Of a stretch of DNA of 64,000 nucleotides, positions 46,707 to 61,840 are shown piece after piece. The DNA lies in the NCBI GenBank assembly GCA_051294375.1, contig CM119266.1:10869834-10933833 (forward strand), in the 5' to 3' direction. The notes below the pieces were generated by a model. The model was not told the origin of the DNA and did not search any database. It saw only the letters and a list, made by a program, of their open reading frames with translations. Each line of letters starts with the position of its first letter. Within the stretch, counting starts at the first letter, position 1. A program made the translations under genes and the position numbers. Source of the DNA: Paraspadella gotoi (taxonomy: Eukaryota > Animalia > Chaetognatha).

Positions 46707-47528
46707 CCTCGCTCTGCTCTCTCTCTCTTCCATCGTGCTCCTGCCAAACTTCATAAGTCTGCCTGTCAAAGATATGATGCCAACAGATCAAGATCGTTAT
46801 GCATTTTTACCGAGCTTTCACTAGCAAAAATGAGGCACAATCACATTTACTTACCTGCGCGTTTTCGACGACGTGGTTCGGAGAATGAGAAAAAAAGGAA
46901 AAGGAAAAAAAATGAGATAAAACGGTTAAATTACTAGTGTATAAGGTACGGCGTGATCATTCATCTATGAAAACAGATTAAAAGCTGAGTATTCATGTAT
47001 CGCAGCCGCCTCAGTGGCGTCAAGAGGAACTAATGCACCATCGCAATGTGCGTCCCTGGTTCGAGCGGCCCTGAAGGTTGTCATGTTAGAAAGTGGATGG
47101 ACCGGGTAACCCAGCCTGTAGGCATGGGGACCTACTGCCAGAGTCGCAAGAGCTTGGACTACATGAAACAGTGAGCTGTCTCGCTTCGCTAGAGAGAGAT
47201 GGGATGACAGCACGCTTGAGAGAGTACGAGAGGAGGAGAGAGAGAAGAGAAAGAGAGATAGAGAAGAGGAGACACCGACGCCGGATTTCATTTTTCGATT
47301 TTAAGCTTTTTTTTCTTCAATTTTTATTTCTTGGTAAATTTTTGTGATTTTCACTTGTTTTTATATTTAAAGCGGAAACTACATCGGAAATTAAAAACAA
47401 ATACTTTTTTTAGTCAACATTTTTCAATTGGGGTTTTTAAATTGTTACTGGTTGGTTGGAAATCTATCGGTAACACTATTAGATTCAAATATTTAGTATT
47501 TACGTCTTCGGTGTCCTAGTCTTTGCTT

Positions 47529-47562
<34 letters not shown>

Positions 47563-49930
47563 NNNNNNNNNNNNNNNNNNNNNNNNNNNNNNNNNNNNNN
47601 NNNNNNNNNNNNNNNNNNNNNNNNNNNNNNNNNNNNNNNNNNNNNNNNNNNNNNNNNNNNNNNNNNNNNNNNNNNNNNNNNNNNNNNNNNNNNNNNNNNN
47701 NNNNNNNNNNNNNNNNNNNNNNNNNNNNNNNNNNNNNNNNNNNNNNNNNNNNNNNNNNNNNNNNNNNNNNNNNNNNNNNNNNNNNNNNNNNNNNNNNNNN
47801 NNNNNNNNNNNNNNNNNNCTGTAAACCATAAGTCTGCCTTCAAAGATGATCCCAGTCGTCGTTGCATTTTTCATTTCACAACAAAGAAGAGAAAATAACA
47901 TTTCTTACCTGCGTTCGACGACAGTGGGCGGAGAATGGAAAAAAAAAGGAAAAGAAAAGAAAAATAGATAAAACGTTAAGTCTCTATTTTCGATTATTTA
48001 TATCGCGCGAAAAATCATTAACGTCGAACGTAAAGTGAAAATATAAAATGAAAATTTTATAAAGGAGTAAACAAACCCGTTAAGAATTAACGTTAAATTA
48101 CTTTTTTTATATCATAAAAAATATATTATATTTGCTAAAAATAAAAAAAGCGAGAAATGGAAGCGTCCAACCTTCTCTCTCCTCAGAGACGCAAATTATT
48201 CGGAAGAACATCGAGGATTCCGGGTGGACGTTCGACTCTTACGACACTTTTGACGCCACTACTCTTTTCTTCTTTCCTCTTATCTTCCTCCTCGCCTATC
48301 TTTTCCATTCCTTTCTTTTAGCCTCCTCTCCTCTAGTCTCCTTTCTTCTCATTTTACTCTTTTTCTCCTTTTTTATCTTCTCCTCTTCTATTCTGCCCTA
48401 TCTTCTCTTCTCTTCTCTTCTCTTCTCTTCTCTTCTCTNNNNNNNNNNNNNNNNNNNNNNNNNNNNNNNNNNNNNNNNNNNNNNNNNNNNNNNNNNNNNN
48501 NNNNNNNNNNNNNNNNNNNNNNNNNNNNNNNNNNNNNNNNNNNNNNNNNNNNNNNNNNNNNCAAAAAACAAGGATCCGGTTTCGAAATAAATGGCATTTT
48601 TCCCAGTTTTCGCCTTTTGTATCCGTCAGGTTCAGAGGATCGAGGTTAAAGGTTTTGTTTTTCCAATGCGCCATTAGATTCTTGGCCAGAATTTTTCTAT
48701 GACATCCTCGGTCCAACAACACATTTGCGGGAGAGAGAGAGAGNNNNNNNNNNNNNNNNNNNNNNNNNNNNNNNNNNNNNNNNNNNNNNNNNNNNNNNNN
48801 NNNNNNNNNNNNNNNNNNNNNNNNNNNNNNNNNNNNNNNNNNNNNNNNNNNNNNNNNNNNNNNNNNNNNNNNNNNNNNNNNNNNNNNNNNNNNNNNNNNN
48901 NNNNNNNNNNNNNNNNNNNNNNNNNNNNNNNNNNNNNNNNNNNNNNNNNNNNNNNNNNNNNNNNNNNNNNNNNNNNNNNNNNNNNNNNATGGCAGAATTT
49001 GGCAAAGGAGTTTTTCTCGCCATAAAAATTCCGCCGCTGATTTTTTTTCATCTGACGATATTCAATATCTTTCAACTCACCTCACTTTGCGCCGAAATTC
49101 GAAACGAGGCTCGTCTTAATTAAATCCCATTTTTTCTCTCTTCATCCCATTTTTTAAGAACGATTTTCAAACTCGCGAAATTCCCGACTGAATTTGTTTC
49201 TCTCAATTCCGAGATCGTGAAACGTAACCCTAATCCCTTGAGGAGAGAAGGCCAGGATCATCTTTCATAACTTCTCTCTTCTCTTTAAACCGAAGATCTT
49301 AAACCTCACTCTTTAGACCTTTCCCTATCTCTCTTTTCGCATTAATGACCCCGTAAATACTTTTACCTCTCTTTATTTCTCAATGCTTCTTTTTCTATAT
49401 TTTGCCAAACTGTCGTCTCTCTCACCATTTCTATTGTTAAAAATTTTACGGAAAGTATCTTGGTTTAAAATCTATTTTGAGTTCTTAGGACCTTTCCTTT
49501 TATTAAAAAAATTGAATGAATGCTTTGCAATACATTGTGATCGAATTTAGCGACTGAAACTTAAGAGTCAATGACAGAGTTGCCGGCTTCATTCTTTCTT
49601 CTCAGCGGCGGAAATCCGCCCGACACCCTCGTTTCAACTCAACGCAGAGCGGAGCCGCGTTTCAAATTCGGGCAGGAAAAGCGGATTGGAATTTCATGCG
49701 AATAAGTTTCACGTCTTTCTGCACCATAGAACCGCGTCGACGAGATTTTTTGCCGAAAAGACGAAGACGACGACGACGACGACGACGACGACGGAATGAC
49801 CCGAAATCGAGGGTAAGTCCTCCATCGCGCATACGAATGGCTGCTGCCTCCTTTTTTTTCCTCTCTCTCTTCCGGCGGGAAAGGTAAAGAGAAGACGACG
49901 TCTTCATCGGCGTCTCGCGCCAAGGGAGGT

Positions 49931-50027
49931 CAACGTGGCAAAGACCGACGACGTGACAAAGCCGTGACGTGGCAAAGCGACGATGGAAGGAGGCAATGAC
50001 GTGAAAAAGCTACGAGGTGGGAACGAG
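49931..50027 (+). repeat. Decayed 16-18 bp array, consensus YGACGTGGCAAAGC
   Basis: caacgtggcaaagaccga/cgacgtgacaaagccg/tgacgtggcaaagcga/cgatggaaggaggcaa/tgacgtgaaaaagcta/cgaggtgggaacgagg. Confidence 0.55.
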
Positions 50028-50800
50028 GAGAAATTCTCGAAAGTGGCAACTTGACATGGTAATGAAGTGGCAAGTTGGGAAGGGAAAGTTATGTTGTTAA
50101 GAGGCTAAAAACGTGACTATTCGGAGCTTTCGAGAAAACCGAGTTTCGAAACAAGTTTTTTTTTTAACCGATTGAACTGGTCGTTTCAAGCTTTCAACAG
50201 TTGAAATGCTGTTCTTTACTGAGTGAAAGCTTTTAAAAAAGGGAATTTTTATGCGCTAAAGTTCTCGGTTTCGATATTTATGCCGTAAATTTCGTACCTT
50301 CTGCTTCCTTTCATTTAAAAAAAAACCTGAAAGAAGTAATAGAAACTAAAAAAAAAGTCATTTTCTATCGATCGCCATAAAAAATTTAAAAGTCGCCGAG
50401 TTTTGAATTTATCTGTCAGAAAAATCGTCTGATTTGATTCAAACGGATGAAGTTTTCCTTTTTTCTCGGTTCGACGTTGAAACGAATCCACGCGCCTGCG
50501 CAGTGGAGAGTGTCGGTCTGACCTTTAAAATGGCGTCGATGTCGTCGTCTTCATTGCCGGTGAATAAAAAGAGACACAATCCATGTTTTTTACAATGAGC
50601 ATTAAGCATAACATTTGTCAAAGCACATATTTTTCATACGACCTTCCTGAATCATCCCCCATCTTTCTCTCTATTTTTTTCTCGCACTCTGTCTCTCTCT
50701 CTCTCTCTCTCTCTCTGTCTTTCTTTCTCTCTATGTCTCTCAAAGAAATGTCTATGCAAAGCCGTCTTGTATTTCTTGTGACCTGAGAGGCGATAGAAAA

Positions 50801-50837
<37 letters not shown>

Positions 50838-52106
50838 AAACGACATTGACAATCGACTCTGTTACGATCGACTAATTCACTCGTGATCCTCGTGAAAAAA
50901 AAATCAATCATCGATTTCATTCACACCCTTTTCAACGAATAGCTCCTTCAAGATAGTTCACGCCTCTCTCTCTCTCTCTCTCTCTCTCTTTCCTTCTCTC
51001 TCTCGCTCTCTCTCTCTCTCTCATCTCCTCTCTCTCATCTCTCCTCTTCTCTCTCTCTCTCTCTCTCATTCCGTCCGAGAATCGCAGGCAGAACATCCAT
51101 AGAAGAAATGAAGAAAAAGCGTGGAGGAAAGTATCCAGGAGAAAGCCGAGATGGACATCCTCCCCTGGGATGAGGTAGGAGGAGCACGATAGAAGAGAGG
51201 AGTGAGGAGGAAGGTAGGACGATTGACACCGTCTCCCCTGGGAATTCGAGGCGGAGCTTGATGGAGGAAAGGAAGGAAAGGAGGGAGGGAAGAAGGAGGA
51301 AAGGATAAGTAGAAGAGGAGGAGAAGCTGGAGGATTGGGACGAAAGAAGTGGCGAGGAGGAGGAGGGAGAAGTTAGGGGGGAGGGGGGTGGGGAGGCAGA
51401 AGAGGAAGAAGAAAAGGCGAGGAGAGGAGCAAAGTGGCATGGAGGAAGTGGAAGAGAAAAATGGAGTAGAAAGAATGGAAAAAGAGGTAAGTAACAGATG
51501 AACGTAAAAGGAACAGGGGTTGTCGGAAGAGCCGTATGAGGAATGACGAAGAAGAGGAAAAGGCCCACTAATGGTGGAAGGGGAAGAGGACAAGAGAATG
51601 AGGAAGCACTTGGATTCGGCAGGGAGGGAAAGAGAGAGGAGAGAGAGAGTCTTCCAGGGGGAAAGGGTATCTGACAACCAATCAAGACGTCGATGCCAAT
51701 CATTAACGTGCCTGTACTCTTGAAAAATGAAACCCGGTCCGTGGGATGGAATTGAGAGTCGACACGGAGAGAGGAGAGAGAGGAGAGAGAGAGAGGAGAG
51801 AGGAAGAGAGAGAGAGAGAGAGAGATGAGAGAGAGCAGAGAGAGAGAGACTTTGTGACGACAAGCACCAAACCATAACATGTAGCTTGTAGCGTATTTTG
51901 ACAACTTTCCTCACTGCCGCTACAAACCAATTTTAACCCTTCACCAACCAAGGTATTTATGTTATTCCGCCTCCCCTCACTCTTTTCACTCTCCTCACTC
52001 TCTCTCTCTCTTTCGATCCTCTCGTTTCCTCTCTCTCTCTCTCTCTACGTCTCTGCTCTCTTGTCTCTCTGTCCTCTCTCTCTTTCTCTCTCTGCTTTCT
52101 CTCTCT

Positions 52107-52161
<55 letters not shown>

Positions 52162-52254
52162 CTCTCTTCTCCCTCGCTATCCAGAAGACGGGAGCCAGCT
52201 GGAATCGTCCAAGGAATTTCCTTTTTTTTCTCTTCGATGCCATCAACTCGGATG

Positions 52255-52297
52255 CATCAACATCAACATCAATATCATCAACATCAACATCAACATC
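52255..52297 (+). repeat. (CATCAA)n hexamer repeat
   Basis: Direct reading; also at ~27109-27152 and inverted at ~32870-32900. Confidence 0.85.
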
Positions 52298-53366
52298 CTC
52301 TCCAACTTCCGCGTTGACGACAGTTGAGGGGAATAATGGTAAGGGTTAAGAGAGTGACGAAATAAGTAGGATTAATAAATTAAATTCATTTTAAATATAC
52401 GAATCAAGTTACTAATAGCCAATAAGATAAGTGGGCAAAAAAGCCAAAAATATCATTTTTTTCTACAGTCTGATTAACATTGCTTAATTCTATTTCTAGA
52501 GCATGCTCGCTAGCTCAATTGTAAGCCTATGAGCCTCGTGAGCTAATATGTGAAATTACGTCTATTTTAATTTCCCCCGTTGGCTGAACTTCATCATTGT
52601 ATTCGGTCCTGGCTAATTTAGGCGGTAATTAACTGTGAAGGGGAAAAAAACTAGGGTGAGGCAAAGAAAGAGAAGAAAGTGAGTCAAAGAAAAACAAGTG
52701 GGTGAAAGACGCCGGTGACAAAGTTGAACGCGACGAGGCGAGCAAGGACGCGAGGAATCGGCAAAATAGATTAATAGGGTGGTTGTGGTGGTTTAGGTGG
52801 TCGAGGTGGTAAACGCGGCGCGAAACAGAGCGTGTGAATGATAGAGTGGCTCTCTCTCTCTCTCTCTCTCTCTCNNNNNNNNNNNNNNNNNNNNNNNNNN
52901 NNNNNNNNNNNNNNNNNNNNNNNNNNNNNNNNNNNNNNNNNNNNNNNNNNNNNNNNNNNNNNNNNNNNNNNNNNNNNNNNNNNNNNNNNNNNNNNNNNNN
53001 NNNNNNNNNNNNNNNNCTCTCTCTCTCTCTCTCTCTTATGAGAAGGAATCGGCGTCGTCTTTAATGATCGAGCGGCGAGAGAACTCGAGAGAAACTCGCG
53101 TTAAAAGTCGTCGACTCTCCGCGAGTACGAATGTCGTCAAGATAGAGAGTGAAAATTAGAGAGTCGACTGTCAAGTTTCGAGAATCGCGAGCAGAACGTT
53201 GAGAGTCAAGCCTCGCGAGAATATAGAGAGTGGATCGTTTCGACGTTGCGATCTGCGACAAACTCGTTCATTCATCAATCGAATGCAGGGGGACAGACTC
53301 GGCGGCGGCGAGTGAAGCTCGTTAACCCGAATCGCTATCGATCCGCAACCACGATCAGGGAGAGAG

Positions 53367-53401
<35 letters not shown>

Positions 53402-53619
53402 CCATACGCTGCTGTTTTGTTCGACAACATCGTTTCGTTTCCTTACTTATTTCTCTGTAATCTGTCACTCTTACATTAAAGAAACTTTTCTAAATTCTAA
53501 CAGTTAAATGTTATCATTACGCATTCACTGAAAAAAAAGAGAACGACAAACAATTAAAGCTAGAAAGCGACGGTATTTAAAATAACGCGGCATAATACAG
53601 ACGCGCGGCATCGAAAGTA

Positions 53620-53662
53620 GCGACAGCGTAGCGCGGTGGCGACAGCGTAGCGCGGTGGCGAC
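53620..53662 (+). repeat. 19-bp tandem repeat GCGACAGCGTAGCGCGGTG (2 units here)
   Basis: Perfect units at 53620-53638 and 53639-53657; about three noisy units at ~28456-28530 and ~31490-31552. Confidence 0.85.
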
Positions 53663-54103
53663 GGAACGATTTCCCTAATGAGGCGTTGCTAATGACGTCG
53701 ATATGTCGGCGCTGCCGTCGTCGTCGTTGTCGTCGTCGTCGTCGTCGTCGTGGACTCGTTATTGAGGCAATTTTCTTGGGGAAATTTTACTTGATTGCAT
53801 TGACTTAACAAACCCGGGCGCGACTTGCGAAATTATTGCGAAAAAAGATGTTTTTATTTCCCACCCCCGAGTAATTTAATAAAGAAAAATTTGTTTTCCG
53901 ATATGTGTAATTAAAACAAGTTGGTGGCGTCGGGAACGAGGTCGCTCGGTCTTTTTTGATGTTGACAATTTTAAGCGCGATGCATTAAAAGTACAAATTG
54001 AATGATGAATAAAAAAATAGTTACATGTACTAATTAAGTTAACTCTTTTTAGTATATTAATCCTAATTTTGAGAAATAATTAGTGTTTATCTCTCTCTCT
54101 CTC

Positions 54104-54156
<53 letters not shown>

Positions 54157-54768
54157 CTCTCTCTCTCCTCTCTACTCCTCTCTCTCTCAACCTCTCTCTG
54201 GGGAGATCCTTGAAAAGTCCTGGGTTAAAAAGTCGAAGGGACTCGGGTCATTAACCCATAATACGCGTCTGACTCTTTACGAGGCTGTAATTCTGTCACC
54301 GCTAATCCCTGCTCATTCTAACTTGGCGCTGTCGTCGCCGGGGGGAGGGGGAGGTAGAATTGGGTGAGATCGACAATCAAGTCAAAATAAAAAAAGAGAT
54401 AGAATAATAATATAATATATTATTAACTATAACGAAGGGAAGTTCAGGGCACGAATAAAATTCAACAGAATAAAAAAAGAGAGAAAATATTATTACAACT
54501 CCAGCGGAAAACGTGCGTTGAATTAATTTTTTTTAACAAATAGCAAAAAAAGTTACATTATTTAACCCAAAAATTGGAAGAAAAGAAAAGAAGAGAGAAG
54601 TAAAGAAAGAAAAGTAAAGAAAAAAAAATGAAAAAAAAGAAAAAAAAAAACAGATTTCGTTCGCCAAAAAAAGCGGACCGTCACACGATGGAAAAAGAAA
54701 TTGAAAGTTGCTAAGAAACGGAAGAGGAAGAAGGAGGAAGAAAGAGAAAGAGATGAGAGAGGAGAAAG

Positions 54769-54770
<2 letters not shown>

Positions 54771-54812
<42 letters not shown>

Positions 54813-54842
54813 AGAAAGAGAGAGAGTAAAGGATTGAAGAAA

Positions 54843-54916
<74 letters not shown>

Positions 54917-54924
54917 TCTCTCTC
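54771..54924. repeat. (GA)n - 21 bp spacer - (TC)n hairpin/cruciform-capable inverted repeat
   Basis: GA arm 54771-54826, spacer taaaggattgaagaaacctcc, TC arm 54848-54924. Confidence 0.85.
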
Positions 54925-55060
54925 GTCAGTTTTTAAGCAAAAAGAATACTGAATTGTAACAATTCCGTTAATAATCTTTAGCAAACTCGAAGCAACGGAA
55001 GTCGAACGTGGGCGTGGCGCCCTCGCCAAAATGGAAACGTCAACATCGTCGGGAAGAAAA

Positions 55061-55160
55061 GGATCACCAGGCAATGAGAAGAATCACCAGGCAAAGGAAA
55101 GAATTGACAGGCGATGGGACGAATTACCAGACAAAATTAAAAATTGAAAGGCAATGTGAA
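55061..55160 (+). repeat. Decayed 20-bp tandem array x5 (GAATYACCAGGCAAWG-like)
   Basis: ggatcaccaggcaatgagaa/gaatcaccaggcaaaggaaa/gaattgacaggcgatgggac/gaattaccagacaaaattaa/aaattgaaaggcaatgtgaa, in exact 20-bp register. Confidence 0.75.
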
Positions 55161-56627
55161 AAAATTTTTTGTGTGTCTTCAGTATACAAACTATACATGC
55201 AGTATGCGTCGAAAAGAAGAGCCAGGCAAAATACTACATGTATACTGTATAAGAACCAGAGAAACTCTCGGCCCAATTGAACAGATGCCACCATTGGACA
55301 CCGTGGACGAACTTTGCCCAGTACGTCGTCGTTCGCCTTCCCGTTGCTGTCGACTCAAATCGTCTCCAGGCTTCAACGCCTTCAGCAACAACCACCTCAA
55401 CGACGCAACCTCACCAACAACAGCCGCCATCAACATTGATCACTACATCATCTACACCAAGATTGCAAAGTGAAGATTCTAACGACATCCTCGTTGGAGA
55501 AGAAGGAACAAGGGAACCTTTCTGTTTGTCGGTCGGTCTGTCGGTCTGTATGTCTGTCCCACTTATGTTAACAATGCCTATAATTCGCCTATAGTTGGTT
55601 GCTCATTAGTTAAGACAGGAAAAAACTTAAAATCTAAGGGACTGCTAGCGCCGCCTTCAAGAAATCCTAAAACTATAAGGAATAAAAGACTCAATGCAGT
55701 GCATGTCATAAATACAAGGGCTAAGAAAGTATTTTTACTAATGTCATGTCATGTCATGTCATATTATGTGTTCAAACTTCAAAGGAATGAATTCACACAT
55801 GAAAATAAAGTCACTGCGGCGCAACACATTGGAATCACCGTTCTTGTGTTTAGTTTTAAAAAAAAAAACGAAAAGAAGTTAAAAGACTCAAAACACGTTT
55901 TTTTTTCTTTTCTCTACGAAGTCGAAATTGAATGGAGACGAACGACTTGTTTTCGTCAAAAAATGAGACTTTTAAACGTTATTCATTTTTTTGTTCTGTC
56001 GTCGTCGTCGTCGTCGCTCTCTTTCGACCGAAAGATGGCGTCTCGCGCGGTTTTCGAAAGGAAGCGCTCGGGTCTTAAGGAAGAGATGATTGTCTGGAGG
56101 AGTCCTTGTCTGCGTTTTGGGGTAGTGAGGGGGAGGGGAGTCGGTGGGTCGATTCATCTCACTTTTGGGAGACTTTTTTTCGGTCGGTCTGTCTGTCTTA
56201 AATGTAGGGAATATTTAATATCTTTTTGTATTTACTTTTTTATTTTTTTTAATCATGTTTTTTTTTTCTCCGTTTTTTATTTTTATGGCTTTCTGTCTTT
56301 CTTTTTATTTTTTTATTTTTTTAAATTTATTTTATAATTTTTAAATTTTTTAATTGTTTAATTTTTTTTTCTTTCTCTCTTTCTTTCTTTCTCTCTTTCT
56401 TTCTCTATCTCTCACAATTATCCATTTGCTAAACCGCTAAAAGATTATTGGTCCTCGTGTCAAGAGTCTATTTCAATTGATTTATGTATATCTGTTTTTA
56501 GCTAAAAACGACTCAAGACGAAACGAGAGTAAAAAAAAGTTTTTCTAAGTTGAGTACAATTTTTGAAACTCCATTAAAAACCAATCAACGTCTCATCCTG
56601 AGCAACATAAAAAATGTACAAACACAC

Positions 56628-56668
<41 letters not shown>

Positions 56669-56711
56669 AATTGCAACAGATTTGCTTCTCTCTCTTCCGT
56701 CTGCGCGCCTG

Positions 56712-56826
56712 GCGACGACGACGGCAATAACGAAGACGAAAAAGCCGACGATGACGAGGGCGACGACGATGACGACGACGACGACGAAGACGATGATGAC
56801 GATGATAATGATGAGCACGACGACCC
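56712..56826 (+). repeat. Imperfect (GAC/GAT)n trinucleotide tract; representative of many (GAC)n/(GTC)n tracts
   Basis: Direct reading. Others at 5885-5927, 6241-6268, 47529-47562, 50802-50835 and 53368-53401. Confidence 0.85.
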
Positions 56827-57431
56827 GGGCGACGATCCTGACGAAGATAAAATACGACCGGAAGAATTAGGTTCGATCCGATTATTATTACACGATTCTT
56901 TTTAAAAAAAATTATTTTGGGGAAGAGGAGGATTCGTGGGGATGGGAGGAGAGGGGGGGCGTGGTTTGGGTTTAGATTAAAATGCAGGGCACGAGAAAGG
57001 TGGGGGGAGAGTTGGGGGAGGAATGGAGAGAGAGAGAAAAATTGAAATGGGGAGGAAGGGACGAGGAAGGAGGGGAAAGGGAAAATAGGGATATAGAGAG
57101 GGGAGAAGGGAAGAAGGAAATTCAAACTGAAGATATAATTTTCAAAAGAGAAATTAAAGAGAAACGTGAAGCCAAATGAAAAAAGTGAGGAGAAATAAAA
57201 ATGATAGAAAAATTAAAATAAAAGTANNNNNNNNNNNNNNNNNNNNNNNNNGAAAGTATAAAAATAAAGAAAAATTAAAATATAGGAAGAAAAAATGGGG
57301 GGGGGACTTAAGGGGACGAAAGAGCCTGAGATGAAAGAAATGTTCTATGACGATCGTCGTCTTTTGAGGCGAGACGATAATTTTAATTTGATATCGGAAA
57401 AACAAACACGAGAGCCAAAAAAATAAAATAG

Positions 57432-57434
<3 letters not shown>

Positions 57435-57477
<43 letters not shown>

Positions 57478-57925
57478 TGAGAGAGAGAGAGAGAGAGAGA
57501 GAAGAGAGAGAGATAGAAATAGTTTCGGTCTGCATTTTTTCTTCATTCGTCCGCCTCGTTTCAAAAAAGATAAAAAGTTTTTTTAAATTTAAACACCATG
57601 ACAGACCAAATTCCCTCCAATTAAGGTTTTTTTTGTTCTCTTTTTTATAAATTATTATTTTTTTCATTCCATATTTTTATCTATTAGATTTTTTTCTATT
57701 CATTTTAGTTTTTTTAAATCAATTCCATTTTTTTTTAATTTCAAAAATTTCTCCGATCGTGCGATTCCGCGCGTCGCGTTTCGCATTCAACCGAATCCAT
57801 TCAATTCCGATTCGCCAATGCATTACGAAACGCCGATGTCAGATATCGAAGCGAAGAGATTCACATTCATTTCTCTCTCTCACTCTCTTTCAATCTCTCT
57901 CGTCTCATCTCTCTCCTCTCCTCTA

Positions 57926-57968
<43 letters not shown>

Positions 57969-59628
57969 CTCTTCTCTTCTCTCTCTCTTTCTCTCTCATT
58001 CATGAATTTCGTTTTCCCCCATTTCCATTTTTCTTCGCGACTTTTGTTTTTGTTTTTTCCCATCTCAGCCTCGTTTCCAATTCCCCGTTTGTACGCTTTT
58101 CATCTCCGATTGTCATTTTTGTCGCTCATGAAAAAAAAAATTTTAAAAAAAATTGCGTACACCAGTTTACACAGGAGAATAAAATAAAACGTCGGGAACA
58201 CAGCCAGCAGGGCGTTGGGGAAAATGTTGAGAACTAAAATATACTCGATTCGAGTAATCAAAACATAAAAATATCTATTTTATCTTTAAAACAAGCTTGT
58301 TCGGAATGTTTATTGATGGTTTCAGACTCTTAACATCGTGGTAGGGGCGCTGGGGTAGATACGGAAACGTTCGAGCGCGCGAGGAACCATGGCCGTTAAA
58401 TAGGCGACGAATGTGTCTGGCTTTGGCGCTCTGGTGCATGTCGGCCTCGCTGGACGCCAAAGTCCGCCTCAAAGCGCCTCTTCGTCAGGCGCCCTTCGTC
58501 TATCGTCGTCTTTCGTCGTCCGTTATCATCGTCGATCACGCGATTCGATCTATTTAGCGCCATATTCCTCTCCCCTTAAAAGGATCCCAGGGGCCCGATA
58601 ATAATGAGGATGCGAAACGGAGCGGGAAAGGAGCGGACTGAGGAGTCGCGCGATGGAGCGCGGGAGAGTCAGGAGAGGGAGGAGGAGGGAGGGACGAGTG
58701 AGAGGCGAAGCAGAGAGAAAAAGAGAGAGAGAGAAGATGGAGTCGTAGGGGCGGGTTGGAGGGGGGGGTGTGTTGAGTGCAAGAGGAGATAAAGTCGAGG
58801 GAGCAGAACGAAGGATCAAAATTAAAAGTTGAACACCGAAGAAAAAAAAACATCATGATGATGGACTCTGTGGTCATTTTGACATATGTGGATGGATTGA
58901 TGGAGAGATAAGAGAGAGAAGAGAGATAGAGAGGCAGAAGAGGAGAGACGTCAGGAGATGAGAGAGAGAGAGAGAGGAGAAGATAGAGAGATGAGAGGAG
59001 AAGAGGAGAAAGTAGAATTGACGAGAGATAGCTTCGGTCCTCGCGTCCTTCTGTTTAAGAAGCGAAAGATCGAAAAGATGACAAGAAAAACCGATTATCG
59101 CCTCTCAAATATCGAGGTTAATAAAACAAATCGATATTGTTGTTTGTGTCGATATTTTTGTGCTTATTACTCTTAAGCTTATCATATGCCGTGTAATAAT
59201 AAATAAATTTCTCGTCTTTAAAGAAAAATATTTGTGCTTTATCCAGCTTCGAAACAGTTTCGAAAATATTTTTAATAATTAAAAAAAGCGACGTTTCTAC
59301 TCGCATTCGGAGAGAATAATAACTTTTTTTCGAGGGATCGTGAAACCCGCGCTTCTGCAGCGGCTGAGGGGCTGCTGCCGGCGGCGACTGTAGATAACTC
59401 GATCGTTCATGAAGCAACGGAAAAAAAACATTCGTTCCCCCCCAAAATCGCGCGTTCTCTTCTATTAGAACTCATCTGTTCTCTTTTTTGCGGGAACTTT
59501 TTCTCTTGTCTCCTTCTCTTTCTCTCCGACTCTCTTCTTTCTGTCGCATGACGACCGCAAAATCGATGCCGACTCGCCTCTACCTGACTGAGAAGACGAA
59601 GGATCGCAGCTCTTCTCGTCTCTCTCTC
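57435..59628 (+). repeat. Block 3, copy 1 (noisy), bracketed by (GA)n on the left and (TC)n on the right
   Basis: atagaaatagtttcggtc..cttcattcgtccgcctcgtttcaaaaaaga (57513 vs 59654) through tacctgactgagaagacgaag (59581 vs 61401). Confidence 0.92.
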
Positions 59629-59631
59629 GTC

Positions 59632-61532
<1,901 letters not shown>

Positions 61533-61789
61533 TCCAAACATTCGCAAAACGCATTCCAATCTGTCGTCAAAAAAGACTCGTGTCAAAAAAAGAAGAAGAA
61601 ACCGGATTTTTTTTTACAAAAAAACACCGCTTCTTATTTTTATTTCCTTTTTAATAATTAATAGGATTGTAGAAAAAGTAAAAATGGAATATAGTTTTCT
61701 CTACTCTTCCTAGATCGACGGGAAAAAAGAAAAAAATCTTTCCCTTACAAAAAAAAAAGAAAAAAGAGAAATAAAAAAGAAAGCAACCC

Positions 61790-61840
61790 CCGGAAGTCGA
61801 CGTAGTTGGGGGAGATTTAGTTTCCATGTTTCCCGCCAAA
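61790..61840 (+). promoter_or_regulatory. Putative promoter of the CEP72-like gene: ETS, X-box-like half site, E2F
   Basis: CCGGAAGT 61790-61797; GTTTCCATG 61820-61828; TTTCCCGCCAAA 61829-61840, in a CpG-rich patch ~350 bp upstream of the ATG. CHR-like TTTGAA at 62101-62106. Confidence 0.5.

Larger units (their letters stand above)
43792..54720 (+). repeat. Block 2, version B (direct copy of ~20110-29735), with an internal noisy re-copy at 45769-46930
   Basis: Colinear with version A and mostly cleaner. 22240-22490 is represented twice (noisy at ~46030-46330, clean at 47305-47562). Confidence 0.92.

Noticed and set aside
47895-47940. Minus-strand CAG|GTAAGA donor-like site (also ~22748) suggesting a hidden exon
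   Set aside because: Isolated donor motif with no credible acceptor or reading frame; cannot be supported without transcript data.
55061-55160. Short periodic arrays (also 243-482, 49931-50027, 53620-53662) considered as CRISPR-like
   Set aside because: Contiguous degenerate units without unique spacers, no cas genes, eukaryotic context.
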